Positions 25,701-36,899 of a stretch of 64,000 nucleotides of DNA are shown here, piece by piece. The notes under the pieces were generated by a model. It saw nothing but the letters and a program-made list of their open reading frames with translations, ran no database searches and was not told where the DNA came from. Within the stretch, counting starts at the first letter, position 1. Every line of letters starts with the position of its first letter. This DNA is from Penicillus capitatus (Eukaryota > Plantae > Chlorophyta): assembly GCA_965649825.1 (NCBI GenBank), contig OZ287704.1, positions 298,101 through 362,100 on the forward strand, given 5' to 3'. A program made the translations under genes and the position numbers.

Positions 25701-26078
25701 CACTTTGTCCGTGAAACAACGCTTCTCTGGGATGAAATCGCCGATCTCTTTCATGAAGTTCTGGTAGCGGCCATCATCGTGGCGCTCACCGTCGACGTTT
25801 TTGAACACTTTGGTCGCTGGATCCTTTTTGCCAACACTGTCTGCCACAGAGACGGTGCCAAACACGTCCACGGCGACATTCGGAACAAAGACCGAGTGCT
25901 CGAGGGCAGGGTCCTGCTTCGGTGCTGTCATGACGCTTCGTGTGCTCTCTGATATGGGCTCGCGCGACACGGCACTGGTCGAGACGATGCGCATCGACGC
26001 AGTACAGGATGACGACGATGGGTGTCGCAGCTCCTGCGCCAGAGACGCGAGGGTTTTGCTCAACTGCCGGCGCATCAT
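22725..26078 (-). CDS. GYD1: Mitochondrial FAD/Fe-S glycolate (D-lactate) dehydrogenase, chlorophyte GYD1 type (FAD_binding_4, FAD-oxidase C, 4Fe-4S, CCG domains)
   Basis: Arg/Ser-rich presequence MMRRQLSKTLASLA (ATG 26078); YGTDASFYRLNP, FRAAGTSLSGQA, SLKGEHGTGRN, CIECGFCESNCPS, CAADGMCQEKCP and CCGMAGDRG. A probable in-frame 51-nt intron lies near 24770-24820. Confidence 0.9.
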
Positions 26079-26373
26079 TGTCAGTAAAGTGGGAAGAAGA
26101 GCGACAACGCGCTGAAACAGCAAATCTTGTAGAATTTATACTACTGTCATTTGAGGGTCGCGATGATGCGACGGACGTGCATCGAGTCAATCGAACGTCA
26201 TGCTGCAGTAGATGGCGGAGAGACTGGAGGTGTCTTGATATCGTCAATCTCTCGACTGGCCATCCATTGATCGAAAGCGATGGACAGGAGAGCAGGATCG
26301 TCCGTGGCTTGTTGCTTGAGATGATCATACAGACACGTCGACGCATCTAATTAAGAAATTCGGCTCGCTCGCC

Positions 26374-27291
26374 TCATCGATGCTTTTCGTAACGCATACC
26401 CTCCGATCGGGACGCAGGCGTTCGAAAGAACTGCAGCTGGGCGAGGAGGAGATGTGCTCGAGCCTCGATCGCCTTCTCTTGTTTCCCTTGAACAAGGATT
26501 TCCTTGAGCTTCGCCATCAAATCATGATCGATCATAGCGATCGAATTGATAAGACTGTTAGCCATCATGTTGATGAGGCATCCTACGTCGCACCTGCGTA
26601 CGCCACGATGATAATGCAGCCTTACCGACCCAAGAGAGATTTCTGTGCGGTCCGGTTTTCGGACGCGGACAACAGATCGACGTTTTTCGCGATCCACCCG
26701 CAAGCTCTAAGCACATTCTGGGAGAAACTTGACGATGTGATCTTGAGTGCGATTTCCACTTTGCTGATGGGATCGATGGATAAATTCGTCAGTGCGTGAC
26801 TCACCGCTGCGATGACGCCTTCGTCGACGGATCCGCCCACTAACAGAACTAACGTTTTCAATCCCCCTTCATTCCGAACACATCGCCGAACGTCGCTACA
26901 AACGAGGTGACGTTTGCCGAGCCACGATCGTGATCACAGACTTGTCTAACGCCGCACTGGCCAATGCTGTGCACAGCGACGCGCACATCGCGCACTCCTT
27001 CGCCTCAAGCCCTGTAGCGGTTCCCGCCGATCGAATCGCGCCAGCTGATCGCAACCGCTCACGCGTTTCAGATTTCTGCTGTAATTCCTTGAGCTTGAGG
27101 CATAGAAGTCGAATCGTTTCGGCCGGAATTTTGCTCCGATCTTGTCTCCATCGTTCCATGCACTGCTCATCGAAGGTTCCATCACACAAGGCATTGTTTT
27201 CGAGGTGTCTTGGTGCGACTTGTTCGATCGCCAGACCGATCTCTCCGACGTCGTCATCGGCATCGCGGCCCGTCGCGTCGCTGCGATCCAT
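26374..27291 (-). CDS. Armadillo/ARM-like helical repeat protein; multi-exon
   Basis: Consecutive exons with ARM-like helices (RERLRSAGAI, LVLLVGG...VIAAVSHALTNLS, VLRACGWIAKN) linked by GT-AG introns. Confidence 0.6.
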
Positions 27292-27353
27292 GATTCCGCA
27301 GTATCGCGTTAAGTCTGGAGTGCTTTGAAGTTTACGCCGGGTACGAGGGAGTC

Positions 27354-29217
27354 ATGCAGTCCAACACAACAGCCTCCTACAACCGCAACCGCCGCCAAAA
27401 CGTCTCGTCGAATCCGAGTGCTTCAGCATTTCCGCGAAGAAAAATGCTGAACACCCTCAAAGGTAACGTCAGCTGTGTCTTATTCTGCACTTGGAACCGG
27501 TAGGATGATGCAGGAGCGCTCTGCCGAGGGAGTTTCGTCGTGTTCTCGAGTGCGACGGTGTTCGACCGCCATCATCCTTCACGACAGAAGATAAGACGCA
27601 CGCCCTTATCTATCTATCCCCGTCTCGCAGCGCCGATGACGGTCGTCGAGACTCGACGTTTGACGAGCACAGCCATACGGCGACTAGTACCGCCGAAGGC
27701 AGAGACGAATCGTATAAGTCGAAATCTGAGCTGAGCGGTGCGTGTGTGCCATACAGAGCGCCGCCTCTGAGGAACTCCTATTGAGTCGAGTCCGATTTAC
27801 GGTCCCCGTTCAAGTAGACTTTGGCGAGACTGTCAAAGTCGTGGGGAACCATCCTGTTCTTGGATCATGGGATACGGAAAATGGAATAGAGCTTGAATGG
27901 AAGGATGGACATATCTGGGAGAAACAAGTACACATTACACCCGGGGAATATGAATTCAAAGTATGACTGCCGCCACTGTTGTCCTTTCGTCATATGAGAT
28001 CTGCGATGGACAGTGTGTCGTTGTCTGTTCTCGGGGATTCTCTCGATGGGAACCCGGTCCGAATCGTGTGCTCAAAGTGAGAGTGACGGGAGAGGAGAAA
28101 TGTGTGAGCTGAAAAGGTGTGCGTGTGTGCAGATCGCTGAAGGACAGACAAGTGTAAATGTGGGATGTAAATGGTGGCATACCAGTATGAGCAATATCAA
28201 CTTCCTTCCCCCGTTCTCTTTCGAAACGCGGAGTGCCGTGGAATCTCCTTCTGGCGACAGCAAGGCACAGAGGGAATCCAAAGAAGTTGCCAAAGAGCAC
28301 GTACTGCTCGAAATGGTGGCAGCTGGTCACTCCATTCCTCACATAGCCAAGGCTGAAAAGAAGGGCGAAGATGCATTCTTTGTCTCGACGGCACGCAATG
28401 GTGTCATCGGATTGGCCGATGGCGTCAGCAGTTGGAGCAAGGAAGGCATCGATCCATCGATGTACTCCACGGGGCTCATGAAGGAAGCCAAACGAGCCAT
28501 CGAATTCTCTAGTAGACTCTATCTTCACATACAAAGCAGATTTTTATGTATTTTGTGTTGCAGAACGAAAATTCAATGCCAAAGAATCTATGATGATGGC
28601 ACAGAACAAGAATGCTGTGATTGGTAGTAGCACATGTATCCTGGCAGTGCTCGAGAATAATATTCTGGATGTCGCCAATGTGGGTGATAGTGAATTGAAA
28701 ATCATACGTGATGGCAAGATCATATTCTCTACACAGGTAAACCTACCTGCCGATCGCAGCTGTCTGCACAGGAGATGTCTGTCTTCAGCCGCAGGAGCAC
28801 GAATTCAACTGTCCTTATCAGCTAACGTGCATGGATTACACGCGCGGCGATCGTGCATTGGATGGAGATCAGTATCAGTTTTCTGTAGAGGAAGGGGATA
28901 TCTTAGTCATGGGTTCGGACGGGATTTTTGACAATATATGGGACGATGCGTTGGAAGAGACAATCGCTGCCGCTTTAGTTGGCTTAGACCGATCGGAGTT
29001 TGCAGCAATGGCCGTTGCCAATGCTGTTGCCATGGCTGCTCATCAGAACGCACAGGATACGACTTTCTATTCTCCGTGGACCGATGGAGCCACACGGGCT
29101 GCCGGTCAAACAAGTATCGTCGATGAGTTGGTGCTCAAGAAGACGGAGAATCCATACATGGGTGGTAAGATGGATGATTGTACCGCTGTTGTGGCATTCA
29201 TTGCAGCGCAATCTTAA
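27354..29217 (+). CDS. CBM20 starch-binding domain fused to PTC7/PBCP-type PP2C phosphatase; probable transit peptide
   Basis: VRFTVPVQVDFGETVKVVGNHPVLGSWD...LEWKDGHIW (CBM20), then GEDAFFV...GLADGVSSW...GIDP, GSSTCILA, ANVGDS, GDILVMGSDGIFDN and GGKMDDCTAVVA (PTC7-like PP2C). Confidence 0.88.
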
Positions 29218-29413
29218 TTTTATTTGGCTGTGGCAAAATTCAAGATCTGTCTCGGGCAGCTGCAGCAGTTTCGTGCTGAGTGTCAAAAATAACGCGCCGC
29301 CAGTGTAGCATCATCGCACATAGATTCTTTTTATTATCATTAATCCCTTTAGATGGACTCATTGGCCATTCTTACGTATACTGGCAAAAACAATGTCGTG
29401 GAATTCGTTAATG

Positions 29414-29455
29414 GTTGTCGTTGTCGTTGCCGTTGTCGTTGCCGTTGCTGTTGTT
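29414..29455 (+). repeat. Short (GTTGYC)n microsatellite
   Basis: gttgtcgttgtcgttgccgttgtcgttgccgttgctgttg read directly. Confidence 0.7.
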
Positions 29456-30352
29456 ATGCAGAACGTCATTTCACGATGAGATGATTGATGGTGTTCACCG
29501 ATCCACAAGGCGTTCCGCCATCAGTGATAACATAAACATGGCCATCGAGGCTCCTCAATCCAAACGCACCAATAGTCCCCTCTTTAAGAAAAAACGAACC
29601 CGGGAAAAGGGATCGACGCACTTACAAGGCGAAATCTCTGGCGACGATGGCGGAATGACATTTCGCTCTCTGCAGTACTCTTGGTAGAGTCGATTCTTGA
29701 TTTGTGTCAAGTAGTCTGTGATCGACACCGTTTTGACGGCAACTTTGAGGTTAAGATCACGGAAGCAACTGAGAATATCTTCTTCCTCCGACTCGGACCA
29801 GGACTCGCTGCTTTCGTGAAACGGATCTCGAGCAAAACTCGTAAAACAGATAAAGGGAGGAATCATATGAGGTTCGGGAAACGCCTCTTCCAAACAGGGG
29901 ACGATACTGGAGAGAAGTTTCTTCAGTTCGGAGAGACGTTCGACGAGGAGAACATAGACAGAAGCCTCGGTGAGCAACTTGCGATGAAATTCGACAATCG
30001 ATGTCGTGCCGATCACTCTCATCGTCACGTGAACGATCTTCTCTTGATGCTCTCCTACAGCGTAAGTCAATTTCTTTCCTAAACAACGGAAACATTATCG
30101 ACATCGTGTCGATGAATGGCGATTACGGAAAGAACGCCACTCGTCTTGGAGGAGACGGAGCCTCAGCCATTTATAAGGAACACTTTTCTCGTCATCGGCA
30201 TTCGTCAATGCGATGACATTGAGATGGAGAACGGCAGATCCAAGTGTCGTGGTCTGCGCCGCCACGGCACGAGCGATCTGTTCGTCGATAAAGGGCGGTA
30301 GAGACGCATCCACGGCAGAGGCCATTCGTTGAACGACGTCTTTCGGCAGCAT
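29440..30352 (-). CDS. Uncharacterised spliced protein (about 250 aa); 3' end uncertain
   Basis: ATG 30352 exon joins through a 48-nt GT-AG intron (phase 1) into the 29555-30070 frame (RKKLTYAVGEHQEKIVHVTMRV...). A further GTAAG donor follows near 29625. Confidence 0.5.
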
Positions 30353-31085
30353 GCGTGGCAGCAGTACGTTTCTCTAAGAACAGCGTTGCAAAAACGAAGA
30401 CAAGTGATCGTGCCAAGCCAGACGTCAATAGTTCTCTGTCGCGTCGGAATCGGCTCGGAATCGTCATTCACGGTGGGGTAGTAGAGAGGAGGCGATGGAG
30501 CTGTTCTGCCGTGGATACTTCGTTTGCGTTTGTGCCGTGGCGAATTTGCGTCGAGTCGATCGTTGACTGTTCGCTGCGACCATCTGCGATACATTTGAGA
30601 TGACATCGTGGAAGACAGACACGTCGTCAAGAACAAAGATGACGCTTTCTTGATGCGACACGGTCAATGATCGATCGATGTTCACAAACGATTCGAGACG
30701 TGCGACCGATCGTCAATCGATCAGAGGCACGGGCATGAAAGTCACCACTATCGAAAAAATCGCACATCGCGAAACGATCGAAGGAACAGTCAGAGCAGTA
30801 TCGGATTCTGCGATCGATCTGGTGAAATCGTCATACCGCACGGAATCAACGAAACGTCGATGAACAAGATACTTCAGCGGCTGGAACATGCAGCCATTGC
30901 ACGAGATCCTCTGCTTAACGAACGAATTTTATTTTCGGCACCCGGGTGGATCACTCACTATATAGAGTGCACGTGTTGTCATTTACTCATTCACGTCACG
31001 GAGTCTGACCCGTATCTAAATTTGCGCGAATCGCAAACGACGACAGTTTTTGTAAAGAGCGAAAGACGGTACAGCGCAGTAAGCT

Positions 31086-34000
31086 ATGAATTCACAGTCA
31101 CGACTCAGGACCTTAATGTCACGACCATTCAATCGATTTTTTACGGACAAACGACAGGAACCAGTGAAGGAGTTCAGTGAAGATGATCAGAAACGTATGC
31201 GGCGGATGTTGAGCAGAGGTATCGTGAGTGTGCGGGAACTGGTTGACCGATACAACAAATCTGACGACACACATCGCAAACTGCTCCTTCCTTGGCTCAA
31301 GGACTTTATCAAATACATTGACGACACAGCAGGTGTGGGTCTGAGAGGTGGTCGATTTCTGGAATACGCAGAACTTGCGAATGTCAGCATCCACAGTGAG
31401 AAAGACAAAGAATTTCTGCAGAATCTCCTTGAAAGCTTGAGCAAGAGAATTAAAGAGGAGAATGATTTTTCGACAGAGCACCTCTTTGACGCATTGCATG
31501 ATGTTCTCATGCGCATGGACCCGAAAGCGTTCGAAAATCGCGGGATTAAATTGAGACAGCTGGTGGACAATTTGATTGCGGCGCTCGAACAGCAAGGGGA
31601 TGTTCCCGATCACTTGCTGGCAAGGCACAGAACTCCCATTTACGCAATCCACCAAGCCCTTTTTCTCCTAAAAAATACGCCGGGATACAAACTGACTGAA
31701 AAGATACAAATAGAGCTGTTTCAGAATATCGAAAAATGCCAAATAGTAGGGATCGAAAAAAACTTCTATCCCTATCACTACCAATGCCGTTTGGTTAAAC
31801 AAGGAATTTTGCGATTAACGGCCAAGACAGAGAAGCCGCCATGGATACAGAGACTCCATGCTTCTCTTTATGCCTGCTGGGGTGGGATGTACTTTCTTCA
31901 CATGCTGAAAGGTCTCTGTGCATTGGATTGCGATCCGAGTGCCGCTGAGGGCGTTATGAAGAACTTAATAGAAGCGCGCAGAAGACTCAACATGTTGACC
32001 ACAGAAGTTTGGTACGATAAACTTCAGGCATATCATGAATCCATCATCAAGAGTCCGATGGACGCTGCTGGTGTCGAATCCGAGACAATTTTGAAAGAAG
32101 TGCCGGAGAAATCGGCGAAGGACCTGCTGTTTGGTATCCTTCGTGAACTCTCGACTGCTGTGCTTTCTGATCACGAATCGTTAAGCAGTGAATCGTCTAC
32201 GCTGGCAAGTACCTGTTTCGAGAGACTGTCTAGCACGCTGGACATGTTGAGCGCCAAAATCGGACAGCAGGATTTCAAGAATGATCCGTCCTTTCTCGAG
32301 CCAGTTCTTAATGCGCTCTGCGAGATATATATTCGTAACAGTGATTATAGAGAGAAAACATGGTCAATTCTGGAACGTCTCGCATTGAATCAAGAATTCC
32401 AGTCTAAAAAGCTGCTGCCTTCTTGGGCGAAAGATGAAGAAACTTTGGAAACGCATATCAGGGATCTCTCGAGGAATCTGAAAGGCAGTCGACACAACAT
32501 TCTCTTCCATGAGGTTCGATCGAATCTTACCTGGTGGGTGGATGATGAAGATTTGACCACGGTCGCGGAGGCATTGAAGAAAGCGTACACTAAATCGGAT
32601 CCCAGCAGCGTAAATCAACACCTATCTCGAAATCGAATCGTCAACAATATCGTTGTGTTCTTGCAGATGCAATCGCCTTCGGTCCACTCAAGGAAGATGG
32701 AGATCGAAGATCTAAGATTTTCCTTTGCTATTCGGGGCGCTGTCTGTTCAGACGAAACGAACATCTTGGCATCGGATGAGAGCCGGCGCTCGTGGTGGCA
32801 GCAGGAAATGCCAAAGAGAATGGAACTTGGCCTTGCAGATATCTTAATAGAGAACAAGATTCCTGGCTTGGCAAAAATCGAATCTGGAAAAGCTCGCAGA
32901 GTTCTCTTGACGGGAAGGCCATGTACTGGGAAGTCGACTTTGGGCAGAAAAATTGCGCGCGGCTGGGCGAATGGCTCTATCATCGAAGGCTTCGACATGG
33001 TGTACGTGCTCGATTCTAAAATGATCTACAGTGGACATGATCGCAGTCAGGATGTATCCTCTGCCCGGAAGACTTTGCAACAGATGACAGCAACAAGTCT
33101 GATATCAGAATTTAGGATAGATTTCACGGATGACTTGGAAAAAGTTATTGATCATAATCTGGATCTCGATACCACTTTGCTTATCATCGACGTCGCAACG
33201 ACAGGGGATTTCATGTATAAATGGATCCAGCAGGCGATGCAACGATCATGCAGTTTGCTCGTGTTACGAGATCCCATCAGTGCGTGGCGTGGTGAGGTGA
33301 AATTCGATGTCGAATTGGAATTGATTGGGCTGACGGACGATCAGATGATTGCCGACATTACTGAGTACTTTGAAGGACGTGCACAAACGGCACGTGACCT
33401 GAAGTCCTTCTTGGGAAGGAGTCCAGATGTCAGGCGAATGGCGCATCATCCATTGACGCTGGAAACGCTGTGCCATATGTGGGATAACTCCGAGAAGGGA
33501 CAAGACCACATTTCAACGATTCCTCGATCTGCCTTGTATTCCAATGTGATCGATTGCATCACTATGAAACGTACTAACGAATTTGGAAGAACGAAGGACC
33601 AGAAGGAATTCCTCTACGATCTGCAGTCGGCAGTTTTCAACCATCTGATCAAGAGCAGCCCTGCGAATTGGACTGGATTCGATGGGGAGGTCCACATCCC
33701 GTCGGTGGCTATCAAGAAAATCACTTCATCGTTGATGCAGCCTAAAGATATGGATGATGTTTTGAAGTTTAAAGCGTATTTCTTTGGAAAGCATATCGCC
33801 AGTATTCAGAGGGGAGACAACAAGAAGGAGAGAGAACATGTAGACGCCTTCTTGATGGATCATATGTACGAGAGTTCGTGCATGACGGCCATGTGCATTG
33901 CCGTTGAAGACACTGCCGATCACGCGCCTACGACGATGGAGCTGCTGTTATCGTTCGTCGAGGAAAAAGCGGCCGAGACCATCGGTCTGCAGCCTCTGCT

Positions 34001-35666
34001 TCTGAAGCTGACACTCATCGAGAGCTTTCTCTCTGCCGATGAAGACAGAAAGAGAACTGTAAAAAACAACGTTTCCTCTATCATCAACGCTTTCATAGCT
34101 TTGATCAAACGGAATGCAGAAGAGGACACGCCGTTGTGGAAAGTTCTGGTGAGACAGCTGGAACAGATGCCATTGGTACGCGAGGCATTTCCCCAAATCG
34201 ATAAAGAATTCAAGAAGAGGTTGAAAAACGGATTGTATCTCTCTCCTTCAAGCTTTGAGTCTGCAGCGAGGCTCTTTCGCGGAGCATCTCCGTTTGGGAA
34301 AGAACTCATGAAAGAATTAATCGAAGACTACCCGACAGCAAGCCCAAATGTGCAACAACAACTGATTTTATGCATCTCCTGCATCCTGACCCACGCTCCA
34401 GATGCTAGCAGTAAACTCATGTCGCACATAAAGCAGTCGTTGGAGGACTCTGCTGATCTCAAAGTTCGTATTGTTGTTCTGGAACGGCTCGATGTATTTA
34501 TCTCGGCATCACCAAAAGACAAGGATGAATTAATAGATTATCTTCAGCGAGCCATCAGGAGTGATAACCAAAGAGTGGCGAAGACAGCCTGGCGACAAAT
34601 CTCAAAATGCATCCAGCTGTTCAGCGATGAACAAAAAGAACAGCTTTGGAAGGAGATGAAGAACAAGGTGAAGAGCGAAGAATCGTTTATGAGGGGAGTT
34701 GTCATGGAACAGATCGGTTGTGTATTCAAGGCGATTCCAAGCAAGAAAATGTTTCTCATCGATCTTCTGCGGAATGCTCTGAATGATAAAGAAGAAGAGG
34801 TCCTGATGGCCGCGCTCGAACAGATTCCTTATTTCCAATCAAATGAGCTGCAGAAGGATGGAGATGGTCATCCTTTGCGCAGAGCATTCTCCAAAAAGAA
34901 TCACAGAATCTGCAAATTTGTGATGCGACAGTTGAAGCATTTTGTCGAAGCCGTACCGAGTGATGAAGCCTTGTGTATGGAGTTACTGAAAGAAGGCTTG
35001 GAGCACAAGAATAAGACGGTCCATGAAACAGCCGTCGACGAAATTCCCAATCTCTGCTCAGCATTGCCCCATAGAAGAGACGACCTTTTCGAATTGTGGA
35101 GAACAACAGTCACTGATGGAGAGTCGAGAAAATTCACAGGCATAAAACAGATCGGTGCGATGACGCGCCTCGTGCCAGAGAGAAAGGACGAAATCCGTGG
35201 CCTGCTGACGAATGGAATACATCACACAGACGAAAATGTGAAACAGCAGGCATTGCTACAAATACCGGAATTTGTTTGTGCGACGGACGAGAAGCTTCCA
35301 GGAGTGCTGGTGTCTCTTAACACTGCACTGAGGGATAAAAGCAGCATTGTGCGGGAAGCGGCGCACAAAGCCATTCAGCAAACGTCATTGGCAGGGCTTA
35401 TCGAACTGGCTTGGATCGATATCCTTGGTTTTAAGCAGGAAATTATCAAAGAGATCGGCTACAGGTTGCTCGACGCCGCAGTAACGGTCACACCTCTGCC
35501 AGATGACAAGGACGGAAATTGCTTAAGATTAACGGCGTACACATGGTCCGGCAAAGTTGAATGGGATCGGCTCAGCTCGAGCGTTAAAGATCTTGTGCGG
35601 TCTATTGTGAAATCCGTAAACGATGAATATCCTGAACTGTGTCAAATGCCTAAAGTATGTGAATGA
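31086..35666 (+). CDS. Intronless 1526-aa STAND/NACHT NTPase with N-terminal helical domain and C-terminal HEAT repeats (NLR-like)
   Basis: RVLLTGRPCTGKSTLGRKIARGWA (Walker A), FDMVYVL, LELIGLTDDQM...YF and MAHHPLTLETLCHMW (NACHT HD1/WH). HEAT-like repeats follow (LKVRIVVLERL, LRNALNDKEEEVLMAALEQI, LNTALRDKSSIVREAAHKAI). Confidence 0.85.
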   Translation: MNSQSRLRTLMSRPFNRFFTDKRQEPVKEFSEDDQKRMRRMLSRGIVSVRELVDRYNKSDDTHRKLLLPWLKDFIKYIDDTAGVGLRGGRFLEYAELANVSIHSEKDKEFLQNLLESLSKRIKEENDFSTEHLFDALHDVLMRMDPKAFENRGIKLRQLVDNLIAALEQQGDVPDHLLARHRTPIYAIHQALFLLKNTPGYKLTEKIQIELFQNIEKCQIVGIEKNFYPYHYQCRLVKQGILRLTAKTEKPPWIQRLHASLYACWGGMYFLHMLKGLCALDCDPSAAEGVMKNLIEARRRLNMLTTEVWYDKLQAYHESIIKSPMDAAGVESETILKEVPEKSAKDLLFGILRELSTAVLSDHESLSSESSTLASTCFERLSSTLDMLSAKIGQQDFKNDPSFLEPVLNALCEIYIRNSDYREKTWSILERLALNQEFQSKKLLPSWAKDEETLETHIRDLSRNLKGSRHNILFHEVRSNLTWWVDDEDLTTVAEALKKAYTKSDPSSVNQHLSRNRIVNNIVVFLQMQSPSVHSRKMEIEDLRFSFAIRGAVCSDETNILASDESRRSWWQQEMPKRMELGLADILIENKIPGLAKIESGKARRVLLTGRPCTGKSTLGRKIARGWANGSIIEGFDMVYVLDSKMIYSGHDRSQDVSSARKTLQQMTATSLISEFRIDFTDDLEKVIDHNLDLDTTLLIIDVATTGDFMYKWIQQAMQRSCSLLVLRDPISAWRGEVKFDVELELIGLTDDQMIADITEYFEGRAQTARDLKSFLGRSPDVRRMAHHPLTLETLCHMWDNSEKGQDHISTIPRSALYSNVIDCITMKRTNEFGRTKDQKEFLYDLQSAVFNHLIKSSPANWTGFDGEVHIPSVAIKKITSSLMQPKDMDDVLKFKAYFFGKHIASIQRGDNKKEREHVDAFLMDHMYESSCMTAMCIAVEDTADHAPTTMELLLSFVEEKAAETIGLQPLLLKLTLIESFLSADEDRKRTVKNNVSSIINAFIALIKRNAEEDTPLWKVLVRQLEQMPLVREAFPQIDKEFKKRLKNGLYLSPSSFESAARLFRGASPFGKELMKELIEDYPTASPNVQQQLILCISCILTHAPDASSKLMSHIKQSLEDSADLKVRIVVLERLDVFISASPKDKDELIDYLQRAIRSDNQRVAKTAWRQISKCIQLFSDEQKEQLWKEMKNKVKSEESFMRGVVMEQIGCVFKAIPSKKMFLIDLLRNALNDKEEEVLMAALEQIPYFQSNELQKDGDGHPLRRAFSKKNHRICKFVMRQLKHFVEAVPSDEALCMELLKEGLEHKNKTVHETAVDEIPNLCSALPHRRDDLFELWRTTVTDGESRKFTGIKQIGAMTRLVPERKDEIRGLLTNGIHHTDENVKQQALLQIPEFVCATDEKLPGVLVSLNTALRDKSSIVREAAHKAIQQTSLAGLIELAWIDILGFKQEIIKEIGYRLLDAAVTVTPLPDDKDGNCLRLTAYTWSGKVEWDRLSSSVKDLVRSIVKSVNDEYPELCQMPKVCE

Positions 35667-35951
35667 ATCCGCTGCTCTGTCTGCTCAAAATTGCTTGCGA
35701 ACGAGAGCAACGGAAAACGATTTGATGATCCTTCCGTCTTTCTCCACATCGCTTATTCCATCTGAGACGGCTATTCCATTGGAGATCACATATCTATATG
35801 TGCTTTATCAGTCATGTGTGATTTGCTGGTCACCGAATGTGGTTTGCCCTTTGCAGTGGTTTTGTCGACATTAGAGGTTTCTGTAGTTTCTAAATTGCGG
35901 CCTCTGCCTCTGCCTCTGTGACGCCATCGGAGAAAAGACGTTTTCACAGCC

Positions 35952-36567
35952 ATGCACCATGCATCGTTCGCTTGCCATATACCGAGGCGATATCTCTTGA
36001 GCACTTCGTTTTCGTCTATCGCGAGTATTCTTGGACAAACATCGGCACGGCGATACTTGCCACTACAGAAGCAAGGCATCACCGAGTCCTCCAAAAGAAC
36101 ACCTTTTCCGCGTCAGTTCTTCGACAATGGCACTGCGGAAGAACGACCTTTGCAGGTTCCGGCAGATCTTTTGCCATGAGTGTGTCGGGAACGGGATTCT
36201 CGGCTGCATACGTGACGGTGCCCGATATGGATACAGGTGCGTTGAATGACGCCGGATTTTGGGAGATCGTCCTATACTTACAGGAAAACGCATCGGTCGT
36301 GCTTTGATCGCTGATAACCTAGCCGCGTGTGTAAACATCATTCCGGGACTGACATCCATTTTTAAGTGGGAAGGCGAAGTGACCGAAGACAATGAATTGC
36401 TGCTCATGATCAAGACGCGTTCGGAGATCGTGTCTGAATTGACGGCAAAGGTCGAGAGTCTGCATCCTTACGATGTCTGCGAAGTAATTTCGGTACCGAT
36501 AACGGATGGAAGCAAAGCGTATCTCAAATGGCTTGATCAAAGCATCAAGAATGCTGCAAAAGTGTGA
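35952..36567 (+). CDS. CUTA: CutA divalent-cation tolerance protein with organellar transit peptide; 3 exons
   Basis: AAYVTVPDMDTG|KRIGRALIADNLAACVNIIPGLTSIFKWEGEVTEDNELLLMIKT...LHPYDVCEVIS. Confidence 0.92.
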
Positions 36568-36899
36568 TAAACACGCTTTTCTCTTATACTGCTTTCGGTG
36601 TCACTGTGAATCGACGCTATTAAACCATCAAATCTCCCTCAATCGGAACCCTTAGACGATTGAACAATCGAGAAGCCCTGATTCAATCGATAAGCGATCG
36701 ATCGATCGAAATTGTTACAATCGACACCCGTCGATGACAATCGAACAAATCGAAACCGGGTCAGAATCGGGTCAGAATCAAACATACTGCGACACCTGCT
36801 TCTGATCAATCGACTATGGAGACAACAGTGATCGATTTGTAGTTTGAAGATCGAAGATCGCACGTCTATTGTTTGATAATCTTATGCGTGATTAATAGC

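Noticed and set aside
22725-26078. Recent bacterial HGT or contamination for the FAD/Fe-S dehydrogenase
   Set aside because: It has a presequence and spliceosomal introns and matches a known chlorophyte gene type.
30860-31180. Upstream ORF overlapping the NACHT start
   Set aside because: No domain signal and out of frame with the long ORF; probably chance.
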